DNA of 64,000 nucleotides, from positions 8,374 through 72,373 of the forward strand of contig JBFMGU010000013.1 in assembly GCA_040752415.1 (NCBI GenBank). Direction: 5' to 3'. The DNA comes from Myxococcota bacterium. GTDB lineage: Bacteria; Myxococcota; JACRCW01. Positions 28,858-37,985 of this stretch are shown here, in pieces (position 1 is the stretch's first letter; every line of letters starts with the position of its first letter). The translations under genes were made by a program, and so were the position numbers. Below the pieces are notes generated by a model that was given only the letters and a program-made list of their open reading frames with translations, did no database searches and had not been told where the DNA came from.

Positions 28858-30129
28858 GTGAGGGTCGTCGTGAAGAAGCTGTCCCGCGTCGTCGTTGTTG
28901 TCTCCGCCGTCCTGACCGCCGCGTGCGGCAATCCCTCCACCCGCGTGGCCGCTGGCACCCCCGGCACCCACCAGCAGGCCATCATCAACGGCGAGCCGTG
29001 CGGGCGGGATGACTTCCCCAGCGCGGTGGCCCTGCTCACCGACGCCACCGTCGACCTGGGCGGCTTTGGCACGCAGCGCATCAAGACCGTGATGTGCACC
29101 GGCACGCTGATTGCCCCCGACGTGGTGTTGACCGCGGCGCACTGCCTGGATGCCTCGCTGCTGACGCTGGGCTTTGGCACGGTGCAGGAGCAGAAGATGT
29201 ACGTGAGCGCGGAGCCCGACCTCACCGCGCTGGCGCAGCAGAGCACCGAGGAGTTCCCCGACGACGCCGTGGAAGCGCACAGCTGGGCGCACCACCCGGA
29301 GTTCGACCCCGACGCGTTCAACAGCGTCAACGGCCCGGGCAACTTCCACGACGTGGGCCTGCTGTTCCTGAGCCGTCCCTTCCCGCGCACGCCCGCGTAC
29401 GTCATCACCGCCACGGAGTCGGCGGAGCTGGCGGAGGGGAAGGACCTGGACATCGTGGGTTGGGGACAGCAGACGGTGACCAACGGCCCGCTGGACCCGC
29501 CGCCGCCGGGCACGGTGGGACGGAAGGTGTGCGCGCAGAGCTTCCTCAATGAGCTGGGCACGCACGAGATGCAGGTGGGCGGTGACAACACCACGCAGCG
29601 CAAGTGCCACGGCGACAGCGGCGGCCCCAGCTACCTGCGCGTCACCGCCGACGGGGACAACCTGCGCCTGGTGGGCATCACCTCGCACGCGTATGACCAG
29701 GAGGACTGCAACAAGGGGGGCGTGGACACGCGCGCGGACGTGTGGCGCGACTGGATCGAGCAGGAGATGATGGGACGGTGCGGCGCCGCCGACGGGGGTC
29801 GCGTCTGGTGTGACGTCACCGGCATCCCCGAGCCGGGCTACGTGTTCCCGGTCTACGACGGTGGCTACGGTCCCGACGAGGAGGACGCGGGCACCACCCC
29901 GGAGAACGACGCGGGCACCAGCCCCGGGGCGGACGCGGGCAGCACCGGCGAGGTCGACGCGGGCACCACCGCGCCCCCCGGGAACAACGACGACACCGGC
30001 TCGGCGGGAGACAGCGCGCAGCCGTTTGCGATGCAGTGCGCGCACCACGGTCCTTCGGGCGGGGGGCCCGGCGTGGCGGGCGCGCTGGCGCTGTTGGCGT
30101 GGGTGGCGCGTCTCCGACGGAGGAAGTGA
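28858..30129 (+). CDS. Trypsin-like S1 serine protease, lipoprotein-like, with MYXO-CTERM-like tail
   Basis: IING, CTGTLIAPDVVLTAAHC, HDVGLL and CHGDSGGP; DAG linker; C...ALALLAWVARLRRRK tail. The start may be GTG at 28870. Confidence 0.9.
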   Translation: MRVVVKKLSRVVVVVSAVLTAACGNPSTRVAAGTPGTHQQAIINGEPCGRDDFPSAVALLTDATVDLGGFGTQRIKTVMCTGTLIAPDVVLTAAHCLDASLLTLGFGTVQEQKMYVSAEPDLTALAQQSTEEFPDDAVEAHSWAHHPEFDPDAFNSVNGPGNFHDVGLLFLSRPFPRTPAYVITATESAELAEGKDLDIVGWGQQTVTNGPLDPPPPGTVGRKVCAQSFLNELGTHEMQVGGDNTTQRKCHGDSGGPSYLRVTADGDNLRLVGITSHAYDQEDCNKGGVDTRADVWRDWIEQEMMGRCGAADGGRVWCDVTGIPEPGYVFPVYDGGYGPDEEDAGTTPENDAGTSPGADAGSTGEVDAGTTAPPGNNDDTGSAGDSAQPFAMQCAHHGPSGGGPGVAGALALLAWVARLRRRK

Positions 30130-30713
30130 TGGGAATGTTCTCCCCGACGCTGGAACGCGCGCTCGCGGTGGCGGCGCGGGCCCATGACGGACAGAAGCGG
30201 TCGGGGACGGAGGTGCCCTACTTCGCCCACCCGGTGCACGTGGCCATGCTGCTCATCAAGAGCGGAGCGCCGGAGCCGCTGGTGCTGGCGGGGGTGCTCC
30301 ACGACGTGGTGGAGGACACCGAGGTCACGTTGCAGGAGCTCCGCGCGCAGTTTGGCGACGAGGTGGCGGACCTGGTGGCCGAGGTGACGCAGCCCGCGCC
30401 GGGCGTGGCCACGGGCAGCTGGCGGGAGGTGCGGCAGAACGCGATTGCCCACCTGGAGCGCGCGCCCCAGCGCGTGGCGTGGCTCAAGAGTGCGGACACG
30501 CTGCACAACGTCAGCGCGCTGCTCATGGACGTGGAGACGCGGGGCCACGACGCGCTGACACGTTTCAAGCGCGCTCCGTCGGAACAGCTCTGGTACTACG
30601 GGGAGGTGGCGCGCGTGTGCCGGGAGCGGCTGGGCGCCGAGCACTCGCTGGCGGCGGAGTTGTGGGACACCATGGCGCGCCTGCGTGAACGGGTGGGCGC
30701 GCTGGGCCCCTGA
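30129..30713 (+). CDS. Stand-alone HD_4 hydrolase (Mesh1/small alarmone hydrolase-like)
   Basis: AARAHDGQKRSG..PYFAHPVHVA, LHDVVEDT, FGDEVADLV and KSADTLHN; TGATG overlap with the protease gene. Confidence 0.85.
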   Translation: MGMFSPTLERALAVAARAHDGQKRSGTEVPYFAHPVHVAMLLIKSGAPEPLVLAGVLHDVVEDTEVTLQELRAQFGDEVADLVAEVTQPAPGVATGSWREVRQNAIAHLERAPQRVAWLKSADTLHNVSALLMDVETRGHDALTRFKRAPSEQLWYYGEVARVCRERLGAEHSLAAELWDTMARLRERVGALGP

Positions 30714-30751
30714 CCGGGCATGGTGTGTTGGGTTGCACTTCCCATCGAGAA

Positions 30752-31276
30752 TCAGAACGGACCGCAGCGCGGGTCCAGTGTCTGCGTCAGCTTGAGCTGC
30801 TCACCGGTCACCGGCAGCGGGTCACAGCCGTGCCCGTCGCGACAGTTGAAGTCGAAGCGGCGCGCGCCCGCGTGGCACTCCAGGCAGGAGCCAAGGTCGT
30901 TCTTCACCTCGGCCTTGCCACGGGAGGTGATGGTCGCGCCTGACGGCGAGAGCCGCAGGTTGAAGTACTCCCAGTTGTTGTTGGTGGGATCAAAGTCCTT
31001 GCCGCGTTTCACCATGGCCTCGGTGGCGTTGAGCGAGATCATGGTGCCCAGCGGGTACTGCGCGTCCTCCTGGGGATTGCGCGCCAGGTCCACCGCAACG
31101 TCCTCCTGACCGCAGCGGTTGGTGATGCGGAGGTTCCCCACCTGGACCCAGTCACGGGAGCAGGTGAAGTCCGCCTCGGTGGCAACAAAGTCCCCGTTGC
31201 ACGGCCCGTCCTGGGGCGCGTCCGGAGTGCAGGCGAGAGACAGGCTCAACAGCAGGGAGGATGCAGGCAGGCGCAT
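30752..31276 (-). CDS. Lipoprotein with cytochrome P460-like c-type heme domain
   Basis: LSLSLAC lipobox; YPLGTMI, AMVKRGKDF..NNWEYF and a single CLECH. Confidence 0.65.
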   Translation of the reverse strand: MRLPASSLLLSLSLACTPDAPQDGPCNGDFVATEADFTCSRDWVQVGNLRITNRCGQEDVAVDLARNPQEDAQYPLGTMISLNATEAMVKRGKDFDPTNNNWEYFNLRLSPSGATITSRGKAEVKNDLGSCLECHAGARRFDFNCRDGHGCDPLPVTGEQLKLTQTLDPRCGPF

Positions 31277-31312
31277 GGGCGCAGGTTGGCTGACCCTCCG
31301 CGCCCTTGTCCA

Positions 31313-32341
31313 TCACAACACGCCGCGACGTTCCTGGTCGCGCTCGATGGAGCGGAACAGCGCCGAGAAGTTCCCCTCCCCGAAGGAGCGATGGTTCTTC
31401 CGTTGGATGAGCTCGATGAAGATGGGGCCCATCAAGTTGCGCGTGAAGATCTGCAGCAGGTAGCCGTCCTCGTCGCCGTCCACCAGCACCTGGTGCTTGT
31501 GGATGCGCGCGTGGTCCTCGCTCACGTTGGGCACGCGGTTGAACACGGTGGCGTAGTACTCGTCGTCAATGTCCAGCATGGGAATCTTGCCGTCCATGCG
31601 GTCCAGGCTGCTCAGCAGGTCCTGGGTCAGGAACGCCAGGTGCTGCACGCCGGGGCCGTGGTAGTCGCGCAAGTACTCCTCGATCTGCGACTTGGACTCC
31701 GTGCCCTCGTTGATGGGGATGCAGAACGTCTTGCACGGTGACTGCAACGCGAACGAGTACAGACCGGTGCGCTGACCGCGGATGTCGAACGTGCGCAACT
31801 CCGTGAAGCCGAAGATGCGCTTGTAGTAGTCCGCCCAGGTCTGCAGCGTGCCCTTGTGCACGTTGTTGGTCAGGTGGTCGATGCACAGGAAGCCCTTGTC
31901 CGCCACGCGCTCGGGCGCGGGATGGGCCACGAACTCCCTCTCCGGCCACCCCTCGTCGACGAAGTACATCAGCGCGTCGCCAATGCCGTACACCGCGGGC
32001 AGGTCCAACGCGCCGCGCGCCCCCTCCCGCGCCACGAACGGCCTGGCCCCACGACGCACCGCCTCCTCGTACGCCGCGCGCGCGTTGTCCACGCGGATGC
32101 CCAGGCCGCAGATGCAGGGGCCGTGCAGCGCCTGGAAGTGGTCGGCGAAGGTACCGGCGGCGCGGTTCACCAGCAGCTGGATGTCATGCTGCTCGTAGAG
32201 GTCCACCGCCAGGTTGCGGTGACGACGGGTCTTCGAGAAGCCGAAGGCCTTCCACAACGTGTCCAGCTCGTCGGGGTTGGGACCCGCGGTCTCCACGAAC
32301 GCCAAGCCGCGCATGCCCAGGGGATTGTCCGGTGTCATCAT
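31313..32341 (-). CDS. hppD: 4-hydroxyphenylpyruvate dioxygenase
   Basis: NPLG..G..FVE, IDHLTNNV, SQIEEYL...GPGVQHLAF and LLQIFT..GPIFIELIQRK...FGEGNF. Confidence 0.95.
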   Translation of the reverse strand: MMTPDNPLGMRGLAFVETAGPNPDELDTLWKAFGFSKTRRHRNLAVDLYEQHDIQLLVNRAAGTFADHFQALHGPCICGLGIRVDNARAAYEEAVRRGARPFVAREGARGALDLPAVYGIGDALMYFVDEGWPEREFVAHPAPERVADKGFLCIDHLTNNVHKGTLQTWADYYKRIFGFTELRTFDIRGQRTGLYSFALQSPCKTFCIPINEGTESKSQIEEYLRDYHGPGVQHLAFLTQDLLSSLDRMDGKIPMLDIDDEYYATVFNRVPNVSEDHARIHKHQVLVDGDEDGYLLQIFTRNLMGPIFIELIQRKNHRSFGEGNFSALFRSIERDQERRGVL

Positions 32342-32356
32342 CTTGCGACCTCTTCC

Positions 32357-33457
32357 TCAGCGACGCATCCAGCTGCGCCAGTAGTTGGGGTCCTGAGCGG
32401 CGGCGCCGGCCTCGGTCAGGTCCAGGGGATTGCGCGTGTCCACCATGACCGCCACCTCGTCGGTGCGCTCCCGCGTGTGGCTCTTCTCCACCGCCTGCGG
32501 CTGCGGCCCGTGGTGGATGCCCTGCGGATGGAACGTCACCATCCCGGCACGGATGCCGCTGCGGGAGAAGAAGTCTCCGTCGTGGTAGAAGAGCACTTCG
32601 TCGAAGTCGATGTTGGAGTGGTAGAACGGCACGCGCAGCGCACGCGGGTCTCCCGTCTCCAGCGGACGCGGCAGGAACGTGCACACCACCACGTTGCGCA
32701 TCAGGAACGTCACGTGCGCCGTGGGCGGCAGGTGGTAACGCTCACTGGCCACGGGGCGGATGTCCTTCACGTTGAGCTGCCACACCGTGAGGTCACCCTT
32801 CCAGCCCACCGTGTTCAGCGGGTGGAACGGGTAGGTGATGGTGGAGATGCGGTTGCGTCGCTGCACCTTCACCTGCCACGCGGTGCGGCCCGGTTCCTCG
32901 ACGGGAGCTTCCGGGGTGGGCACGTTGATGACGTCGGGATCGAAGAGCGCGTGACGGCCCAGGATGCCGCGGTCGGGCAGCTCCACCTCGTCCTTCGACT
33001 CGATCACCAGGAAGGTGGACGCATCCGTGGGAGCCACGCGGTAGACGGTGCCGCGCGGGATGACCAGGTAGTCGCCGCGTTGATAGCGCAGCGGGCCGAA
33101 GTCGGTTTCCAGTCGGCCGGTGCCGCCGTGGACGAAGAGGATCTCGTCGCCATCCGCGTTGCGGAAGAAGTACGGCATGGCCTCGCGCAGGCGCGCCATG
33201 TGCAGCGTGACGTCGGCGTTGCGCAGGAAGGGCACGCGCCCGGAGAGCCAGTCACCGCCGAGACCAGGTAGCTCGACGGCGTTGAGGCTGACCGGCTTGA
33301 GGTCGCCCTCCAGGTTGGTCCAGTTCACCGGCGGCGCGGTGCGGTACATGTGGCTCACGCGGCCGAAGAACCCTCGCCGGGCGAACTCCTCCTCAACCGT
33401 GCCTTCCGGGATGTCCACGTGCGCCTGCCGCGTCACGCGCCCCTTCACGTAGTGCAT
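32357..33457 (-). CDS. hmgA: Homogentisate 1,2-dioxygenase
   Basis: FFRNADGDEILFVH, GDYLVIPRG, HLPPTAH, PFYHSNIDFDEVLFY and HPQGIHHGP. Confidence 0.92.
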   Translation of the reverse strand: MHYVKGRVTRQAHVDIPEGTVEEEFARRGFFGRVSHMYRTAPPVNWTNLEGDLKPVSLNAVELPGLGGDWLSGRVPFLRNADVTLHMARLREAMPYFFRNADGDEILFVHGGTGRLETDFGPLRYQRGDYLVIPRGTVYRVAPTDASTFLVIESKDEVELPDRGILGRHALFDPDVINVPTPEAPVEEPGRTAWQVKVQRRNRISTITYPFHPLNTVGWKGDLTVWQLNVKDIRPVASERYHLPPTAHVTFLMRNVVVCTFLPRPLETGDPRALRVPFYHSNIDFDEVLFYHDGDFFSRSGIRAGMVTFHPQGIHHGPQPQAVEKSHTRERTDEVAVMVDTRNPLDLTEAGAAAQDPNYWRSWMRR

Positions 33458-33494
33458 CTCTCCGCCTCCTCACGCTGTCACGCGCGCGGCGGCC

Positions 33495-33510
33495 TGCACA
33501 ACTTGCGCCA
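33495..33510 (-). promoter_or_regulatory. Candidate sigma-54 promoter of hmgA-hppD
   Basis: Minus strand TGGCGCAAGTTGTGCA (GG-N10-GC), ~40 nt upstream of the hmgA ATG, with AGGAGG between them. Confidence 0.6.
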
Positions 33511-33649
33511 AAGCGCAGTCACGAGGAGAGCGCGCAATTCCGCGCAGGAGAAACGCGCAGGTTGTGCGGACGGCGCGAGAATGATGTGCGCGGAGCGAAA
33601 GGGGTGCGCGGACGCAGGCGGGAGCCGGGTGGGCCTTGGGGCTTGAGGG

Positions 33650-33791
33650 AAAGCGGTACTTCATACCGCAGTCCGAAAGTGCGGCGCGCTGGGACGCGCA
33701 GCGAGTTGGCCGCACAGGCTCTCTCGTGCCGGCCACGGTTCACCAAGCCGAACGGCCGGCACTTTCGGACTGCGGTATGAAGTACCGCTTT
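33650..33791. repeat. REP-like doublet: perfect 33-bp inverted repeat
   Basis: AAAGCGGTACTTCATACCGCAGTCCGAAAGTGC (33650-33682) has an exact reverse complement at 33759-33791, with a 76-nt spacer. Confidence 0.92.
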
Positions 33792-33803
33792 GACTCGGGA
33801 TGC

Positions 33804-34292
33804 TCAGCTTCCGAGAGGCAGCTGCGCTTCCACGTCGGCCTCCGGTCCCTCGCGCACGTCGTGGACCCGTAGCATCACGCCGCGCGTCACCTTCTGCTCA
33901 CCGGAGGTCACCACCGCGGCCTCGTCGCCACCGTCGCGCGTGACCACGAACTGCACGCTCTTGATGACGCCGGAATGCAGGCACTTCGCGCCCTTGGGAC
34001 ACGGCTGGTTCAGGTACGTCACCTGCTTCACCAGCACCTGCGCGCCCTTCAGCGAGAACACCTCCCCGCCCTTCACCGTCACCTTCCCCGTCGCGCGCGC
34101 TTCTTCCGTCGGCGCGGGTGCAGGCGTGGCGGCGGGCGGGGACGCGTCCGGCATCTCCGTCGACGTCACCGGCACGCCAGCATCCATCACCGCCACTTGC
34201 GCGTCAGGCGCCGGCGTCTTCCGCTGCTCCTCCTTGGACGAAGAGCACGCCAGCGCCACCACCGCCACCACTCCCATCACCACGCGCTTCAT
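33804..34292 (-). CDS. Hypothetical lipoprotein
   Basis: MKRVVMGVVAVVALAC; CPKGAKC motif; ATGA overlap with the M4 peptidase gene. Confidence 0.75.
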   Translation of the reverse strand: MKRVVMGVVAVVALACSSSKEEQRKTPAPDAQVAVMDAGVPVTSTEMPDASPPAATPAPAPTEEARATGKVTVKGGEVFSLKGAQVLVKQVTYLNQPCPKGAKCLHSGVIKSVQFVVTRDGGDEAAVVTSGEQKVTRGVMLRVHDVREGPEADVEAQLPLGS

Positions 34293-37090
34293 GCCCGCCT
34301 CCGCACCCTTGCCACGAACAACCCGAACAACAGCAAAGAGACCAACGTGTTCCCACCTTGCGGCACCGCGCACGTGCAGGTGATCTCCTCCGCGGAAGCA
34401 CAGCCGCCATCCGCGTCCGGCGTGCACTCTCCGCCGTCCACGCTTCCCGACGAGCTTCCCGTCTCCACGCAGCCATCCCCGTCGGGGTTGGGCTCGTAGC
34501 CCGCGTTGCAGTAGCAGGTGTCATCCTGCAGCGTGGAATTCTGCGGGCACGGGTAGCAGAACTCGTAGGTGTAGCCCTGGTACTCGAAGGTCCCGCAGCC
34601 GTAGTCCCCGCATTCCACCTCGCGGATGACACCCTCCTCGCAGTACTGCCCGGTGTTCCCGTTGCACTGCCCCGACGCCGGCACCGAGCCACAATTGTTC
34701 TGCGGCTCCACGCAGTTGTAGCCAATCTCTCCGTCGATGGCGCAGACGGTCCGCGTCTCCTGCTGGCTGCAATCCGCGTACTGCAGCACGGGGTTCTGCG
34801 GGTCGGTCTGGTCGTCGCAGTAGATGAGCAGGCTGCCCTCACAACGTCCCGCCCAGGTCTCGTTCCCGCAGTCGCCCACGACGAGACCACGGCACAGCGG
34901 CGTGCCCGGGTTGGTGCCGCCGCAGTCCGCGGAATCAAAGCCGCACTCGCTGGCGCAGTCGCAGGTGCCGTTGTTGGCAAAGCCGCACGGGTCGGATTCC
35001 TGGCAGCAGTAGACGCCGTAGTAGTCATACCCGCCCACGTTGACGACGTAATCCAGCGACGCCTCACCACACACCTCGGTCACGCCGGGAATGCACTGGC
35101 ATCCGCCGTTCTGTCCGCTCTCCAGGGGATCGGTGCAGACGCTGCAGCCGGGGATGGGGTCGCAGCCCAGGCCGTTGCCTTCCGGGTTGCCCTGGTAGCA
35201 CTCGTCGCAGACGCACACGCCGCCTTCCCGGTGGCTGTTGGAGGGGCACTCACCCTGCGTCTCCACCACGCACGCGCTCCCGTCGTCACTGGGCACGTAG
35301 CCGGTGTCGCAATAGCACTGGCCGTCAATGGGCTGGCTGTGCGCGGGGCATTGCACGGTCTCCACCGACTCACACCCGGTGCCCTCGCTGTTGGGACGGA
35401 ACCCGTCATTGCAGAAGCACTGCCCGTCCTGCTCCGACGAGTTGGGCGGACATCCCCCGCCGCCCGCCGCCGCGGCGAGCCCCACGCTCTGCCACGCGGT
35501 GGCAATCTGCGCGCAGTCGCCCGCGCCGAGGGTCAGCTCACTGCACGAGGTGGCGGTGCCCTGCACCATGTCCGCGAAGGAGCTGTTGGCACCCAGGTGA
35601 TGACGCACCGTCTGGAACCACACACGGCCCAGCTTCTGCGCCCCGATGGCGTCACGCGCCAGGCACGCGGCCTTGTTGGGAATGCCGCTGTTGGTGTGCA
35701 CGCCGCCCCAGTCACCCTCCTCGGTGTTGGGCAGGTCCTGGTAGTCGTTCATGTGTGCGGGCTGGGGCTGCGGGACGTTGCCGGGGTTGCACATGTCGCG
35801 CAGCGCGGGTTGCAGCTGGGGGCCCACGCAATCCTCACCAATGAGGTCATCCTCCTGGTCCATGAGCCAGCCGTACACGTCGGCCATGTGCTCATTCAGC
35901 GCGCCGGACTGGAACTGGTACACCAGCCCCGCCGTCCCCTCGACGACACCGTGCCCCAGCTCGTGACCGGTCACATCCAGGCAGCGCGCCAGGGGCACGA
36001 AGTACTGCCCGTCTCCGTCGCCAAAAGCCATGATGCCGGATGTGTAGCCATTGGAGGAGAGCGTGGTGAAGAACGCGTTGTTGAGCTGGTTGCCCTCGTG
36101 CACGCGCCCCGCGAGCAGACCACCGACACCGGCGGGCGACTGCGCGAAGTCCCAGTTCTGCCAGGAATGCGACGTGGCGTAGTAGTCCAGCGCCGCGCGC
36201 ACCTTGTCGGCCACGGTCACCGCGGTGCGGTCGTCGAACGGGGAGCTGGTGCTGTCGGTCTCGTACTGGGAGCCCTCGCGCGCCATGTCCACGGTGTAGA
36301 TCTCTCCGCCGTTGGGCAGCGTGACGATGTCTTTGAGCAGGATGCCCTGCGGGAACGAGGTGATGTTCAACGTGACGTTGTTGCCGCCCAGGTCGGTGGA
36401 GCCCATGGTCCCGGGCGTTCCCTCGGTGTAGATGCGCGGCACGTTCAGCAGGCGCACCCCGGTGGCGGCGTCGACGTAGACATCCTGCACCACCGGCAGC
36501 GCGCCCTTGCGCTCATAGGCCACGCGCACGCGCCAGGCCATGCGCACCCCGCGGATGCCGATGCTCTCCCCGACGATGACCGGCACCGTCTCCGCGGGCA
36601 CCAGCAGCGGTCCGCGGTAGCCGTCGCGGGCGATGTCCTCGGCGCGCCAGGGGCTGATGCGCGGTCCCTGGTGTGTGTAGCGCCGCAGCGCGCTGAGGTC
36701 CGCTTCCAACGTGCGCACCTGTCCGTCGGGACGGGCGTGCACGCGGAGCTCGTCGAACTCCACCGGCATTCCCGCCAGGTGACGACGCACACGGACGTGA
36801 CGGTTGCCCACCCCGTCGCGCACGTCCTCCACCACCACCAGCCGCTCGTCGCTGCGCAGGCCCAGGCCGGCGGAGCGCTCACGCAGGAAGGCCTCCACGT
36901 CGTTGGCGGAGGGGCCCAGGTATCCCAGCGCGCCTTCCGCGTGACGGATGAGTCCGTGCGCATTCCACTGCACCCGCGCGAATGCGTCCCCCAACTGGCT
37001 TGCCGTGGCCGGCACCGGAGCCACCGCCGGGCTCGACGGGGCGGTCATCCCCAGGGCAACCAACACCGAAGCGTGCGCTGCCAAGAACAT
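34289..37090 (-). CDS. M4 (thermolysin-family) metallopeptidase with EGF-like/Cys-rich C-terminus and MYXO-CTERM-like tail
   Basis: Propeptide region, NNAFF, DVTGHELGHG (HExxH), SGALNEHMAD, GGVHTNSGIPN, CPxNS..C.C repeats and CTC...LFVARVRRRA. Confidence 0.92.
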   Translation of the reverse strand: MFLAAHASVLVALGMTAPSSPAVAPVPATASQLGDAFARVQWNAHGLIRHAEGALGYLGPSANDVEAFLRERSAGLGLRSDERLVVVEDVRDGVGNRHVRVRRHLAGMPVEFDELRVHARPDGQVRTLEADLSALRRYTHQGPRISPWRAEDIARDGYRGPLLVPAETVPVIVGESIGIRGVRMAWRVRVAYERKGALPVVQDVYVDAATGVRLLNVPRIYTEGTPGTMGSTDLGGNNVTLNITSFPQGILLKDIVTLPNGGEIYTVDMAREGSQYETDSTSSPFDDRTAVTVADKVRAALDYYATSHSWQNWDFAQSPAGVGGLLAGRVHEGNQLNNAFFTTLSSNGYTSGIMAFGDGDGQYFVPLARCLDVTGHELGHGVVEGTAGLVYQFQSGALNEHMADVYGWLMDQEDDLIGEDCVGPQLQPALRDMCNPGNVPQPQPAHMNDYQDLPNTEEGDWGGVHTNSGIPNKAACLARDAIGAQKLGRVWFQTVRHHLGANSSFADMVQGTATSCSELTLGAGDCAQIATAWQSVGLAAAAGGGGCPPNSSEQDGQCFCNDGFRPNSEGTGCESVETVQCPAHSQPIDGQCYCDTGYVPSDDGSACVVETQGECPSNSHREGGVCVCDECYQGNPEGNGLGCDPIPGCSVCTDPLESGQNGGCQCIPGVTEVCGEASLDYVVNVGGYDYYGVYCCQESDPCGFANNGTCDCASECGFDSADCGGTNPGTPLCRGLVVGDCGNETWAGRCEGSLLIYCDDQTDPQNPVLQYADCSQQETRTVCAIDGEIGYNCVEPQNNCGSVPASGQCNGNTGQYCEEGVIREVECGDYGCGTFEYQGYTYEFCYPCPQNSTLQDDTCYCNAGYEPNPDGDGCVETGSSSGSVDGGECTPDADGGCASAEEITCTCAVPQGGNTLVSLLLFGLFVARVRRRA

Positions 37091-37201
37091 GTGTTCCTCC
37101 GCGTGTGGAAGTCGCGGAGAAGCTAGGAACCGCCGGAAGGCAGCGTCAAGATCGTCGACGTGTAGGTTGTGCTGCGCAGCAGTTTCGCCGTGTGCGTGCG
37201 G

Positions 37202-37963
37202 TCACGTGAAGCTGCCGTGACGACCCGCTCCCGCGGCGAAACGCTGGGCCCCGGCCACGCTCTCGGTCTGCAGCACGGTGACGCCGCGCTGGAACTCCTG
37301 GCGCAGCGCATCCTCGAGGGAGAGGTCATGCTGCACGTACGCGCTCATGCGGTCCGCCTTCATGCACTCCTGCGGGAACGCGGCGATCTCGCGCGCCAGG
37401 TCCTCCGCTGCGCTGCGCGCCGTGCCCTTGGGCACCACGCGATTCACGAGCCCCATGGCCAGCGCCTCCTGCGCCGACACGGGCCGCCCGGTGAGGATGA
37501 GGTCCAGCGCGCGGGACAGGCCCACCAGGCGCGGCAGGCGCACCGTGCCCCCGTCAATGAGCGGCACGCCCCAGCGACGGCAGAACACGCCCAGCACCGC
37601 GTCCTCCTCGACGACACGCAGGTCACACCACAACGCCAGCTCCAGTCCTCCCGCCACGGCATGACCGCTGATGGCCGCCACCACCGGCTTGCGCAGCAGC
37701 ATGCGGGAGGGACCCATGGGCCCATCTCCGTCGGGCTCCAGCCGGTTCATGCGGCCGCTGGCCACCGCCTTGAGGTCCGCACCGGCGCAGAACGTTCCGC
37801 CCTCACCGTGGAGCACGCCCACCCTGGCCTCGGTGTCGTCGTCAAACGCGCGGAACGCGTCGGCCAGCGCCTGCGCGGTGGGGCGGTCCACGGCGTTGCG
37901 CACGTCGGGGCGGTGCAGGATGACGGTGGTGACCGGGCCGTTCTTCTCGGTGGTGACGCTCAT
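37202..37963 (-). CDS. Enoyl-CoA hydratase/crotonase family protein
   Basis: RPDVRNAVD, FCAGADL, KPVVAAISGHAVAGGLELALWCDLR and LILTGRPV. Confidence 0.92.
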   Translation of the reverse strand: MSVTTEKNGPVTTVILHRPDVRNAVDRPTAQALADAFRAFDDDTEARVGVLHGEGGTFCAGADLKAVASGRMNRLEPDGDGPMGPSRMLLRKPVVAAISGHAVAGGLELALWCDLRVVEEDAVLGVFCRRWGVPLIDGGTVRLPRLVGLSRALDLILTGRPVSAQEALAMGLVNRVVPKGTARSAAEDLAREIAAFPQECMKADRMSAYVQHDLSLEDALRQEFQRGVTVLQTESVAGAQRFAAGAGRHGSFT

Positions 37964-37985
37964 GGCGGAGCGTTGTACCACGACG

